The notes under the pieces are model-generated. The model saw only the letters and a list, made by a program, of their open reading frames with translations, did no database searches and had not been told where the DNA came from. The position numbers and the translations under genes were made by a program. From assembly GCA_963719315.1 (NCBI GenBank), contig CAVRBU010000004.1, positions 384,001 through 448,000 on the forward strand: a stretch of DNA of 64,000 nt. Direction: 5' to 3'. This DNA comes from an uncultured Planctomycetota bacterium. Lineage in GTDB: Bacteria; Planctomycetota; Planctomycetia; Pirellulales; Lacipirellulaceae. Each line of letters starts with the position of its first letter. Positions within the stretch are counted from its first letter, which is position 1. Of this stretch, positions 1 to 10,257 are shown piece after piece.

Positions 1-1138
1 GCACGGCCCCGGCACGGGCGACGATGAATACTTTGCAGATTTGCCGGGCGGCTGCACCTGGCGCGGCTGTTGGAATCCGACCGCCGGCAGCGCGGTTTCG
101 AATCAGTTTTGGAGCGATTACCAGAGCTATATGGTCGCTGTCGCCGGGATCGCCGCCACGTACAACGTCGATGCAATGACCGTGGGCACCGAGTACAAGG
201 CGCTCGACGGCAACAGTGCGCATAACGGGAGCTGGAATACGTTGATTAGCGCCGTCAATGGAGTGTATTCGGGGCCGCTCGGTTATGCAGCCAACTGGGA
301 CGACTACAGCAACAACAATGTGAAAACAGCGATTTGGGATAATCCGGCGATCGACTTCATCGGCATTGATTCGTATTTCAAGAATTTGGCTACCACCGCG
401 CAAGCCGACGCCTCGGGCGCGTATCCGAATGCGACGTTCATCAACACCATGACGGCGGCCTGGAACAATAAGCTCAACAATGAGATTCTGCCCTATGCTG
501 CCGCGCGTAAGGGTGGCGCTGGAATGCCGGTCGCGTTTACCGAAGTCGGCTACCTTCCCTACAACCGCACCACGGTTAATCCGCAAAACAGCAGTGGCCA
601 GGCGGTGGATACGGACGAGCAGAAAATGGCGTTCAATGGCTTGATCAACGCGCTCGATGGCCGAGGGGATAAATTCCCGGCGATGGATATCTGGCAGTGG
701 GGTATGTCCGGCTCAGACGGGAGCCTGTGGAATATGGATACGACGGTGCCGGCGAATCAACCCAACAATGTCCCGGCGGCGCAATGGCTGGCTAGCTTTG
801 TTGCCACGGGGATACTCCCGTTGGCCGGTGAATATAACCGCGACGGCGTGGTCGACGCGGCCGACTACGTCTTATGGCGTAAAAACAGCGGTAAGAATGT
901 CCTCCAATACAGCGGGGCCGATGGCGATGGCAGCGGCATCGTGGACCTCGTCGACTACAACGTGTGGCGCGCACATCTCGGCGCCGGGAGCGGCGTTGGC
1001 GCGGCCGTCGCGGTCCCAGAACACGCGACAATGTGGCTGATTTTGAGCGCGACACTCATCGCCGGTGGGTGTCGTGGTCGTCGATTCGTCAAATGCGGAT
1101 CGCTCTCTACTGCTTTCGATCTTAATCGTGCAGATTGA
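1..1138 (+). CDS. GH113-like glycoside hydrolase (putative beta-mannanase) with dockerin-like repeat and PEP-CTERM-like tail; 5' end outside window
   Basis: Frame open from base 2; motifs VGTEY, YAANWD, DFIGIDSYF, FTEVGY; C-terminal GEYNRDGVVDAADYVLWRK and VPEH + hydrophobic helix + RGRR. Confidence 0.75.
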   Translation, partial: HGPGTGDDEYFADLPGGCTWRGCWNPTAGSAVSNQFWSDYQSYMVAVAGIAATYNVDAMTVGTEYKALDGNSAHNGSWNTLISAVNGVYSGPLGYAANWDDYSNNNVKTAIWDNPAIDFIGIDSYFKNLATTAQADASGAYPNATFINTMTAAWNNKLNNEILPYAAARKGGAGMPVAFTEVGYLPYNRTTVNPQNSSGQAVDTDEQKMAFNGLINALDGRGDKFPAMDIWQWGMSGSDGSLWNMDTTVPANQPNNVPAAQWLASFVATGILPLAGEYNRDGVVDAADYVLWRKNSGKNVLQYSGADGDGSGIVDLVDYNVWRAHLGAGSGVGAAVAVPEHATMWLILSATLIAGGCRGRRFVKCGSLSTAFDLNRAD

Positions 1139-1190
1139 GGTCGCGGCGACATATAATGCGTGTTGGTGCAGAGTTGTTCGGGAGGCGGCC

Positions 1191-2988
1191 GTGAAATTCG
1201 TTGTTGTGGTTATTCTTGGACTGCTTGTCGCTACGCCTGTGATTGCGCAGGTGTATCGCTACGAGGCGGAGGACGGCCAACTGTTTGGTGGCCTCGTCCG
1301 TAGTTCGTCCGTCCCCGGTTATCAAGGCACCGGCTTCGTCACGAATTTCACCAACACCAGCGACTACTTTCTAACCAGCGCCACCGTGCCGAGCGGCCTG
1401 TACGAGTTGTGGGTCGGCTATCGGTCGCAGTTCGGTCAGAAAGGCTACAAGTACCGGGTCGGCAACGAATACGGCAGCGGCATGTTCGATCAGTCAACGA
1501 CCTTCACCACCGATCGAGCCGGGCTGTTCAACATCACTGCTCCCACCACAACGCTCGGAATCTATAAAGATTGGGGTTACCACGACGTCGACTATCTGGA
1601 GCTGCGACCATTCACGCCGCCCGCCGTGCTTCCCATTGCCCCGCAACTGACCGACGCGTCGGCGAACGAGCGCACGCAGCAGCTCATGAACTACATGACC
1701 AGCATCTACGGCCAGAAAACGCTCTCCGGTCATCAACACGATAGCAGCAAGAACCTGCCGTTTCCCAGTTCCACCTACCTCAATCTCTCGGGCGGATTGA
1801 AGCCCGCGATTCGCGCCTCCGACTTCATCGAGTACTCGCCAACGCGCATCGCCAACGGCTCGAATCCGAACAACGAATCGGAACAATCAATCGCCTGGGC
1901 TAAACAAAACAACGGCATCATCAGCATGAGCTGGCATTGGAACGCACCGGCGAATCTGGTGAACACGCCGTGCGGCAGCAATTGCGGCGCGAATGACTAT
2001 CCTTGGTGGCGCGGCTTCTACACCCAAGGCACGACCTTTGACCTGCCCGGCGCTCGCCAATCCAGCCGGCTCCGACTATCAACTCTTGCTCCGCGACATC
2101 GACGCCATCGGCGTGCAGCTCAAAAAGTTTCAAGATGCCGGCGTTCCCGTCATCTGGCGACCGTTGCACGAAGCCCAAGGCAGTTGGTTCTGGTGGGGCG
2201 CTCACGGCCCCGACACGTTCAAACAACTCTGGCGGCTAACCTACGATCGGCTCACCAACCACGACGGAATCCACAATCTGATCTGGGAGTTCACCTCTTC
2301 GGCCGCCGAAGGCAACTTCCAAGCCTGGTATCCGGGCGACGATGTGGTCGACATGATCGGCCTCGATATCTACACCGACCCCACCAGCAGCATGAGCGGC
2401 CAGTGGTACGACGTGCTCAATGAGTACAACGGCCGCAAAATGATTGCCCTGTCCGAATCGGGCACGCTTCCCAATGCGACCTCGATGAGCACGTTCAACA
2501 TCGACTGGAGTTACTTTTCGATGTGGCAGGACGGCTTCTTGGACGACTTCACTGCTCAACAAGTCCAAGCTCTGCTCAACAGCGATAGAATCATCACGCT
2601 GGACGAACTGCCCACGTTGCCCTGGAGCAATTCCGCATTCATCGCCGGCGACTTCAATCGCGATGGCACGGTGAACGCGGCCGATTACATCGTGTGGCGC
2701 AACTCGAACGGCCAAACCGGCTCCGGCCTCGCCGCCGACGGTGACCTCAACGGCCAAATCGACAACGCCGACTACGCCCTCTGGCGTTCCCACTTCGGCC
2801 CAACCGCCGGCAGCGGTACTGGAACCAGTCCTGCCGCCATACCCGAACCCGCCATTTTCCTCTTGCTCATCGTAGGGGTGAGTATCTCATTAGTTGGTGA
2901 CATTAGACTGCGGTCTGGTACCAAAAGGCTTCCCACTGACCAAGCTGGCCGAGGTATAGGGCGCGGAGGTAGTAGAGGCTGGCGCTGA
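1191..2988 (+). CDS. GH26 beta-mannanase with N-terminal CBM-like module, dockerin-like repeat and PEP-CTERM; frameshift near 2050
   Basis: GGAGG then GTG 1191, signal peptide, YEAEDG module, SWHWNAP, WRPLHEAQGSWFWWG, WYPGDDVVDMIGLDIY, ALSE; two ORFs join at TTFDLPG/ALANP; IPEP tail. Confidence 0.85.
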
Positions 2989-3277
2989 CGGGCTCTCGCC
3001 AGCGCATGCCGCTGCCTTTGAGGCGTCCGCCCACGACCTGCTTGCCAGCGGCTTCCACCGGGCCGGAGCCAAGCATCCACCCGCGAGCCAAGTACCTGGG
3101 AACAACGGCTCCGCCGCCGCTTCCTCTTCCGCAGTGAGTTCCTGATCCAACGCGTTGTTCTGCTTGGCCAACGATCCGATCTCCTTTCAGCAAGTTCGAG
3201 AATTGCCCCGCTTGTCACTACTTCTCCAGCAGAGTTGATTTTCCTCCCGGAATCGAGACGTTCACCATACGACACCC
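2876..3277 (-). mobile_element. Internally deleted ISKra4/ISLre2-like insertion sequence (402 bp, MITE-like)
   Basis: Minus strand encodes transposase C-terminal motif GSGPVEAAGKQVVGGRLKGSGMRW; ends GGGTGAGTAT / ATACGACACCC; flanks TCGTAG (2870-2875) and TCGAAG (3278-3283). Confidence 0.7.
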
Positions 3278-3376
3278 TCGAAGGGGTGTCGCGTCTTGCC
3301 TTTCTGCCCGCGGCGCGATTACGCTAAGCATTACCGGAACGATTCGGGCCGGAAGGAAACAGAGGGGATTTTCTAG

Positions 3377-4024
3377 ATGAATATGGTTTTCGCGACGACG
3401 ATTAACGACATCGCCAAACACTTGGGCGATGCCTGTTACGCATTTCTGGCTCTTAACTTTTTGTGGGGCCTCTATAATGTAATCATGGGCTTCCGCCGCG
3501 TGCGCGAGCTGGACTTTGGAGGGCATGAGGAGCAGGCCGAATACGTGGATGAAGTTGTCCAGGATTTACAATCCGGAAACTATCGCGCGATCGAAGAACT
3601 CACGAACGACGATCCCCGCGCATTGCCGCAGCTTATCGAGCTGGCGGTAGCAAATCGCCAACTTAGTTACGATCAGATGCGGCAAGTCGTGATGGAGATT
3701 TTGCAGCGCGATGTGATGGGCGACCTCGAATACCGCACGAACTGGATCGCGACCTCGATCAAGTGCGGGCCGCTGCTCGGGCTGTTCGGCACGGTGCTGG
3801 GCATGATGGCGGCATTCGGCCGCATCGGCACCGGCGAGAAAGTCGAGCCGTCGATGATCGCGGCCGAAATCAGCATCGCGTTGATTTGCACGGCGATGGG
3901 GCTCGGTACGGCTATTCCGTTTAATTTCCTGCTGGCTAGCCTGACGACCAAAATCCGGAACCTGCAGGATGCGCTAGGCGCCGGGCTGATGCGGGTGCTG
4001 GATTTCTTTAAACCTCGCGGATAA
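3377..4024 (+). CDS. exbB: MotA/TolQ/ExbB proton channel protein
   Basis: GPLLGLFGTVLGMMAAF and ISIALICTAMGL motifs. Confidence 0.85.
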   Translation: MNMVFATTINDIAKHLGDACYAFLALNFLWGLYNVIMGFRRVRELDFGGHEEQAEYVDEVVQDLQSGNYRAIEELTNDDPRALPQLIELAVANRQLSYDQMRQVVMEILQRDVMGDLEYRTNWIATSIKCGPLLGLFGTVLGMMAAFGRIGTGEKVEPSMIAAEISIALICTAMGLGTAIPFNFLLASLTTKIRNLQDALGAGLMRVLDFFKPRG

Positions 4025-4039
4025 CTGGGGAAACGTCCC

Positions 4040-4522
4040 ATGGATTCCTCCGTCTTCGGCCTCGGATCGACCGGCGCCGACGAATTGATGGCGCGTCGCC
4101 CCGATCATGAACCGCCCGAGTTCGATATCACGGCGATGGTCGATCTGGTGTTCATGATGAACATCTACTTTCTTGTGACGTTTGTGACCGTGGCGATGGG
4201 CGGGCTGAACCTGCCGTCGGCAACGCACGTCGCCGCGCTCGATGGAGATACGGCCGTCATCCTCTCCCTCGTGCGGAGCCTCGATGGAAAGTCGGTGTCG
4301 GTCTACCTGGGCGACGGCACCGAAAGCGAAGCGATCAACGATCCGGCTCAGCAAGAACAGCGAATTCAAGCGGCGGTCGAGCAAGGCCTTGCGGAGGGCA
4401 AGAAGGCCGTGCTGCTCAAGGCGGAAAAGAAGGTGCGGCTGGCGGACTTGTTTCGCGTGGCGACGGCCGCGACCGTGGAAGGTGTAAAGCTCCACGTGGC
4501 CGTGCTGGAGAAGGACAAGTGA
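4040..4522 (+). CDS. exbD: ExbD/TolR family protein
   Basis: FDITAMVDLVFMMNIYFLV transmembrane motif; follows exbB. Confidence 0.85.
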   Translation: MDSSVFGLGSTGADELMARRPDHEPPEFDITAMVDLVFMMNIYFLVTFVTVAMGGLNLPSATHVAALDGDTAVILSLVRSLDGKSVSVYLGDGTESEAINDPAQQEQRIQAAVEQGLAEGKKAVLLKAEKKVRLADLFRVATAATVEGVKLHVAVLEKDK

Positions 4523-5157
4523 CAAAGATCACCTTCGCATGTCGGTACTGCGGCAAGAAGCTGTCGGCGTCGGAGACGAGTGCCGGCCGGGAGAAGACGT
4601 GCCCTAACTGCCGTGCGCGGGTGGTAGTTCCGACGCCGGAAGCCGCGGCTCAAAAGACCGCGACGGGCGAGACGAAGCCCCGACAGGCCGCCGACCATCC
4701 AGTTCTGATGATGGGCCGCCGTCCGGAGCATAAAGACCTGATCGACATGACGGCGATGGTCGACATCGTATTCTTTTTGTTGATTTTCTTTCTGGTCACG
4801 TCGCTGCAGTCGATCGAGGCCGTGATTGATCTGCCGGCCCCGCAAATTCCGGCGAGCGCGCCCGATAGCGTGCAGGCGGTGCCCGATATCGCCAACGATC
4901 CGAATTACGTGGTTGTGACGATCGACGACAACGACGCGGTGGATGTCGACGGCGAGGAAGCGATTGGCGAGCAGGACCTGCGTGCGAAACTCCGCGCCGC
5001 GCACCAGGAACACGACAAGGATGGGATGATGATCAACGGCTCGGCCGATTCGACGCACGGCAAATTCGTGATGGTTCTCGATGCCGGGGCCAGCGCGGGA
5101 ATGACGCAGATCCTGTTCTCTGTGCCCCGCACCGACGAGGCGTCCACCGGGGGCTAA
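4519..5157 (+). CDS. exbD: ExbD/TolR family protein with N-terminal zinc ribbon
   Basis: CRYC...CPNC at N-terminus; IDMTAMVDIVFFLLIFFLV; GTGA overlap with previous gene. Confidence 0.8.
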   Translation: MTKITFACRYCGKKLSASETSAGREKTCPNCRARVVVPTPEAAAQKTATGETKPRQAADHPVLMMGRRPEHKDLIDMTAMVDIVFFLLIFFLVTSLQSIEAVIDLPAPQIPASAPDSVQAVPDIANDPNYVVVTIDDNDAVDVDGEEAIGEQDLRAKLRAAHQEHDKDGMMINGSADSTHGKFVMVLDAGASAGMTQILFSVPRTDEASTGG

Positions 5158-5327
5158 CCCCCGAATTCCGACAGGCAGCCGAAAAGCGGGGCAGACATTC
5201 TCCTCAGCAAAGCCGCTAGAAAACCACCCGCCCACCGATTGTATTTTCCGCCCCAGTCGGTAAGATGTCGGCTTCGTCAACTCGCCAATGTTCATCATCG
5301 AAGTCGACACCAATATGAGGTCGTGCC

Positions 5328-7105
5328 ATGTCGAGGCGCACAATGCTGTTTCTGGCTCACTGCACGAGCCGTAAGGCGCGCGTGGATCGCCGCGCGACGA
5401 AGCGGCCCGGCCGCCGGCTTCGGTTCGAGCCGCTCGAAGACCGCCGCGTGTTGGCGACGATTACGGTAACGAGTCTGAATGATGCAGCAGTCACCGGCCC
5501 CAACAGGCGCCGGGCACACTGCGGCAAGCAATTTATGACGCCAATGCGTTGCCCAACGCTGACGTGATCGAGTTCGCTCCTAACCTGAGCGGCAACGTTA
5601 GTTTGTCCGTGATGGACGATACGGCAGCAGGCAGCTCGGCTCTGTTGATCGCGACGCCGATAACGATTCGCGGCAACGCGAACGGCATCACGATCGCCCG
5701 CGACTCGGCGGCGGTCGAGATGCGGCTGTTTCGCGTCACGGCAGCCGGGGATCTGACGTTAGAAACGATTTCGCTCACGGGTGGAATCGTGCGCGGCATG
5801 GATGCCACGTTGCCCGATCAAGAGGGTGGAAGCAGCCGGGGCGGCGCCGTGCTGAACGAGGGCAAACTGCAAATCGCGGCGAGCACGATTTACGCGAATC
5901 AGGCAATCGGGGGCAACGGTGGTGTGCTTGGGCGGGGCGGCGCCGGCCTGGGCGGAGCCGTTTACAATGACGTAGGGATACTCTCGATATCCAGTTCTAC
6001 GTTCTCGGGCAACGCCGTCATCAGCGGTTCGGGATCAACGACACCCAGCAGCTTCGGCGGAGCGATCTACTCAAAGAATGGGTCGCTCTCGGTTCACAAC
6101 GTCACGATCACCAACAGCACAGCATCGACGGGGCGCGGAATATACATGTTGGCCCAGGAAGGCACGGCGTCGGCCGATATTCAGAGCACGATTATTGGCC
6201 AGAGCGATTTGACGGCTCAGGCCCGTGAATTCCTGACCGCGCTCGATACAAACGGTCAGTTCATCATCACGGGAGCGAACAACTTGATCCGGTCACAGGG
6301 AGACTTCCAGTCGATAACGTATTCCACGGACGACCCATTGCTCGGTCCACTCGCAGCCAACGGCGGACCGACGCTCACGCATGCCGTGGGGGCCGATAGC
6401 CCAACGATCGACCACGGAAATAATGCGCAAAGTTTCGCGCACGATCAACGCGGCGCCGGCTACTCGCGCGTTGTCGGCGTCGCGGCCGATATCGGGGCCT
6501 ACGAACTGCAAACGGACGTCGCCCCGTCGCTGCTGGGCGATTACAACGGCAACCACATTGTAGATGCCGCCGATTACGTGCTGTGGCGGAAGACGCTCAA
6601 CACGAGTGTGCCGCAATACTCCGGCGCCGATGGCAGCGGGGATGGCACGATAGATGAAGCCGATTTCGGCGTTTGGCGCGAGCACTTCGGTGCGACGTCA
6701 CCACCCGGCGCAGCGGCTTCGTCGTCGTTGAGCGCATCGGTGATTGGATCCGATTTGGGCGTGACGCAGAATTCGCCGCGATTCGCTTCCGAGGCAATGG
6801 CAATTGCGGCGGCGCCGGATGCGGTTTTTATCGACTCAGTCCTGGCTGCCGGCGTGAGTGTCACGGTGAACAACCGGCGTGGTGCGAGGCCGAATCGCGG
6901 TGCGAATTTCGCGTCAACGAGCCGCGGCAACCTGGCTCTCGCGGAGCTATCACCAGCGACCCATCGAAGTCGCGCCCGCGGCGATGCATCTTTCGTGCCT
7001 CCAAATTCAAGTGGGTTGGAAGTAGAACCACCAATCGATTGCGACGCACTTGTCGCGGAGTCGGTTTGGGCCGAGTGGCCGAATACCTTGGAGCGCGGGG
7101 CTTAG
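5328..7105 (+). CDS. Secreted beta-helix/choice-of-anchor-Q-like protein with planctomycete extracellular motif and dockerin-like repeat; frameshift near 5503
   Basis: RRLRFEPLEDRRVLA, TVTSLND..GTLRQAI, GGA(V/I)Y repeats, DPLLGPLAANGGPTLTH...DQRG...DIGAYE, GDYNGNHIVDAADYVLWRK. Confidence 0.75.
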
Positions 7106-7118
7106 TTGGCTCGGACGG

Positions 7119-8180
7119 TTACTCTAGCGTTTCGCCGAACGGCGTTGTGCGCCGTGGCATCCATTTGCAGAGCAGGATGCCGAAGAAGAAGAGCCCCACG
7201 AGCGGAGCGGCCATCAGCATCATGCTGTACGGGTCGCTCGGCGTGAGCACCATGGAGAGGAAGCAGATCACCAGCACCGAAATTCGCCAATTTCCCAAGT
7301 ACGTTTTGACGGTGAAGATGCCGATCCGTTCCAGGAATAGCATCACGAGCGGCAATTGGAAGCTGATGCCGAAGCCCAGCGGCAGAACCAGCACGAACGT
7401 CAGCCAATCGGTGATCCGCGGATCGGGGTCGATGCCCATCCAGTCGAAGAACGTGAACAAGAATGCCAGCACGTATTTGAAGACGACGAAGAATGCGAGC
7501 GCGGCGCCGGCCAGGAATAGCCCCGTACTAAATGGCAGGAATATGCGCACATATCGCTGCTCATGAGGATAGAGCCCGGCCGCGATGAACTGCCAGATGA
7601 AGTAGAACACAAACGGGCTAGCCAAGATGATGCCCAACACGATCGCGGCTTTTATGTAAACAACGAAGGGTTCCTCCACTTTTAGGCCGATGATCCGCAC
7701 TCGAGGATCGTCTTCCACATGGTGATACATGCGTACTTTGACGAGGTTTTTGCGATCGATACCTTGGTCTTCAGCTTCATGCGGCAACGCCGATTTTTCG
7801 ATTGCATTGGGCGCGATATCCTTCATCGCCTGCACCATCTCCCGCGGATCGACATAGTGTTCTTCCGTCACCAACTGCTGTTCGGCAAACAATTTCGCGG
7901 CGGCGTCGATGTCCTCGGGCACCGGTTTGCCATCCTGTTGCTGCTTGATCAAATACCTGCGATATTCATCGCCGGCGGTGCGACTGTAAAATTCCTTGAG
8001 CGCATTCTTGAGCGGGGTCTGCACGTAATCGACCAAGCTGCCGGCGAACAACAGTCCAACGAGAACCCCCACCACTAGCGATATGATCGCCTTCACCAAC
8101 GACATTCGGAGCTCCTCAAGGTGCTCTCCGAAGGTCATCTTCGTGTGTTCGAACAGGTCTTCGTTGTATTGACGATGCAC
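7119..8180 (-). CDS. tatC: Twin-arginine translocase subunit TatC
   Basis: MTFGEHLEELR, WQFIAAGLYPHE, GISFQLP, LTPSDP; GTG start inferred. Confidence 0.9.
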   Translation of the reverse strand: MHRQYNEDLFEHTKMTFGEHLEELRMSLVKAIISLVVGVLVGLLFAGSLVDYVQTPLKNALKEFYSRTAGDEYRRYLIKQQQDGKPVPEDIDAAAKLFAEQQLVTEEHYVDPREMVQAMKDIAPNAIEKSALPHEAEDQGIDRKNLVKVRMYHHVEDDPRVRIIGLKVEEPFVVYIKAAIVLGIILASPFVFYFIWQFIAAGLYPHEQRYVRIFLPFSTGLFLAGAALAFFVVFKYVLAFLFTFFDWMGIDPDPRITDWLTFVLVLPLGFGISFQLPLVMLFLERIGIFTVKTYLGNWRISVLVICFLSMVLTPSDPYSMMLMAAPLVGLFFFGILLCKWMPRRTTPFGETLE

Positions 8181-8304
8181 GGGTGCAAGGGGGAAGGGGA
8201 GGGGGGAGGATGGTAGGCCGGAAGCGACTGACTGGAGACGCCTATTAGCGATGATAGCCACGCACGTGCCGGGCGACAACGAGTAGAAGTCCGTTCGCTC
8301 TACG

Positions 8305-8426
8305 GGTGGTTTTTTAATTTGGCACCGTTCGGACCGGAACTTTGTAGCACGGACTTCAGTCCGTACGAGAATCACGGACTGAAGTCCGTGCTACCAGGTT
8401 GTTGTGCCGCAAATTAGGACACCACC
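8305..8426. mobile_element. 122-bp MITE with internal REP doublet, copy 1 (left TIR degenerate)
   Basis: Near-identical to 28012-28133 and 58954-59075. Confidence 0.85.
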
Positions 8427-8503
8427 GCTCAGGGAGCGGAATTGCGTCTCGTGGAGCGAGACGACTACACTGTGGGAAGAATACCCCATCGTACGAGAGA
8501 TTC

Positions 8504-9473
8504 ATGACCTCACTTCCGCCATTGCGATTTCGACCGATTTTGCGCGAGTATTTATGGGGCGGCCGGCGGCTCGGCACGGAACTCGGCAAACCGATCGGCA
8601 ACATGGAGCGCTGTGCCGAAAGCTGGGAGATCGTGGACCACGGCGATGATCAGAGTATCGTGGTAGACGGACCACTCGCGGGCAGACGGCTTCACGACCT
8701 CGTTACGCACGATGGCGCGGCGCTCTTCGGTCGTCACCAGCCGAAGCGGCAATTCCCGCTGCTGTTGAAATTTCTCGATTGTCGGCAGACACTCTCCGTG
8801 CAAGTGCACCCAAACGACGAGCAGGCGGCACAACTCGATCCGCCCGATTTGGGCAAAACGGAAGCCTGGGTCGTTCTTGCCGCCGAGCCGGGCAGCAAAG
8901 TGTACGCAGGCCTCAAGCCAGGCGTGGATCGAGCGACGCTCGCGCGAGTTGGCTCGCGGGACATGCGATGCGTGTCTGCACGAGTTCGAGCCGAGTGTGG
9001 GAGACTGCGTGCTGATCGAGGCCGGCACGGTCCATGCCTTAGGCGCGGGCCTATTGATCGCCGAAATCCAGCAGGCGAGCGACACGACATATCGACTGTT
9101 CGATTGGAACCGCGTCGATCGTGACGGCAAACCGCGTGCGCTGCACATTGAGCAGGCGCTAGAGACGATCGACTTCGATCGAGGGCCGGTGAATCCGAGT
9201 CGGCCGGAAGCCACGGAGCGAATCGACGTTGAACGCCTCGTGGAGTGCGGTAAGTTCGTTCTCGATCGGTGGCATCTTGATGCGGAGGATGAGCTACCGC
9301 GCGATGACCGTTTCCACATACTGTCGGTGGTGGAGGGCAGTGCATCGCTAAGCGCAGACAACATTCGCCAAGACTTACACCGCGGAGATTCGATACTTGT
9401 TCCGGCGTCCACGCCGCATGTGGATCTCGTGCCGCAGGGCAGGGCGGAGTTGCTGGACATGTATTTGCCCTAG
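8504..9473 (+). CDS. manA: Type I phosphomannose isomerase; frameshift near 8945
   Basis: YLWGG, AESWE, FPLLLKFLD, LSVQVHP, GKTEAW then GTVHALG, EIQQASDTTYRLFDWNR in the second frame. Confidence 0.85.
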
Positions 9474-9575
9474 AATTCCAGCATCAACTTCGGTTGGCCG
9501 TTTTATTGCGGGTCGCCTATAATCCGCGGCCCGATTGGCTCGTCGGGTCGCACGTGATTTGCCGGAAGGACCGCC

Positions 9576-10139
9576 ATGCGATTTGTTCGCGCTTGCTGTT
9601 GGCCGACGATTGTCGCGCTCACGATGGTGTGCGTCGTGGGTTGCAGTGCGGAAGCGCAGCGGTACATTCGCTTTCCAAACCTAATCCACCCGGGGCCCGC
9701 GGCCGTTCAGCGGGCGGAAGCGATTCAGCACGATCCGTATCCGCTCAACGATATAGGGCCTGAGATCGTGGGTGGTCGACCGCTGGCGTATCAACAGCCG
9801 TTGACGGAGGTGGACCGAGCGAGACTGCTTCCCAGTCGCCCAGTCGTCTTACAGCCGGCGCCGGTTCCCGGGGCGACGGTTTTTGCTCCGCCAGTGGGTA
9901 GTTCGCCGTTTGCCGTCGCGCCTGCACAGCCGGGCGCGCCGCTTGCCCCCGCTCCGATGGCGCCTTCGGCACAGCCAATGCCTGGACCGCCGGTGGTAAC
10001 GTCTGCCATTCCCGCCGCGCCGGCGCCAGTAGCGGCGCCGTATTCGGTGCCGCCCGCCCCGGTGATAACGTCGCCATATCCTGCCGCGGCGGCGCCCCCT
10101 GCCGGACCGCTGCCTCTTCAGCCGCGCGCTCCGTATTAA
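9576..10139 (+). CDS. Hypothetical lipoprotein with Pro-rich tail
   Basis: VVGC lipobox-like signal; HDPYP..GPEIVGGRP core; PA-rich C-terminus. Confidence 0.65.
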   Translation: MRFVRACCWPTIVALTMVCVVGCSAEAQRYIRFPNLIHPGPAAVQRAEAIQHDPYPLNDIGPEIVGGRPLAYQQPLTEVDRARLLPSRPVVLQPAPVPGATVFAPPVGSSPFAVAPAQPGAPLAPAPMAPSAQPMPGPPVVTSAIPAAPAPVAAPYSVPPAPVITSPYPAAAAPPAGPLPLQPRAPY

Positions 10140-10257
10140 CACGGTTGCGATGTTCGGCAGAACACTGCCCCTATAAATCGGTCGGCGTGGCACTTATCAT
10201 AGGTTATCCGCCCAAACGCCTGTTTCGGCGAGGACGCACGCTTGGTAATGAATCAAA

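Noticed and set aside
8399..8503. N-terminal extensions starting MLCRKLGH (also 28106, 59048) and MILVRTEVRAT (8375, 28082)
   Set aside because: They are translations of the 122-bp MITE, not real protein starts
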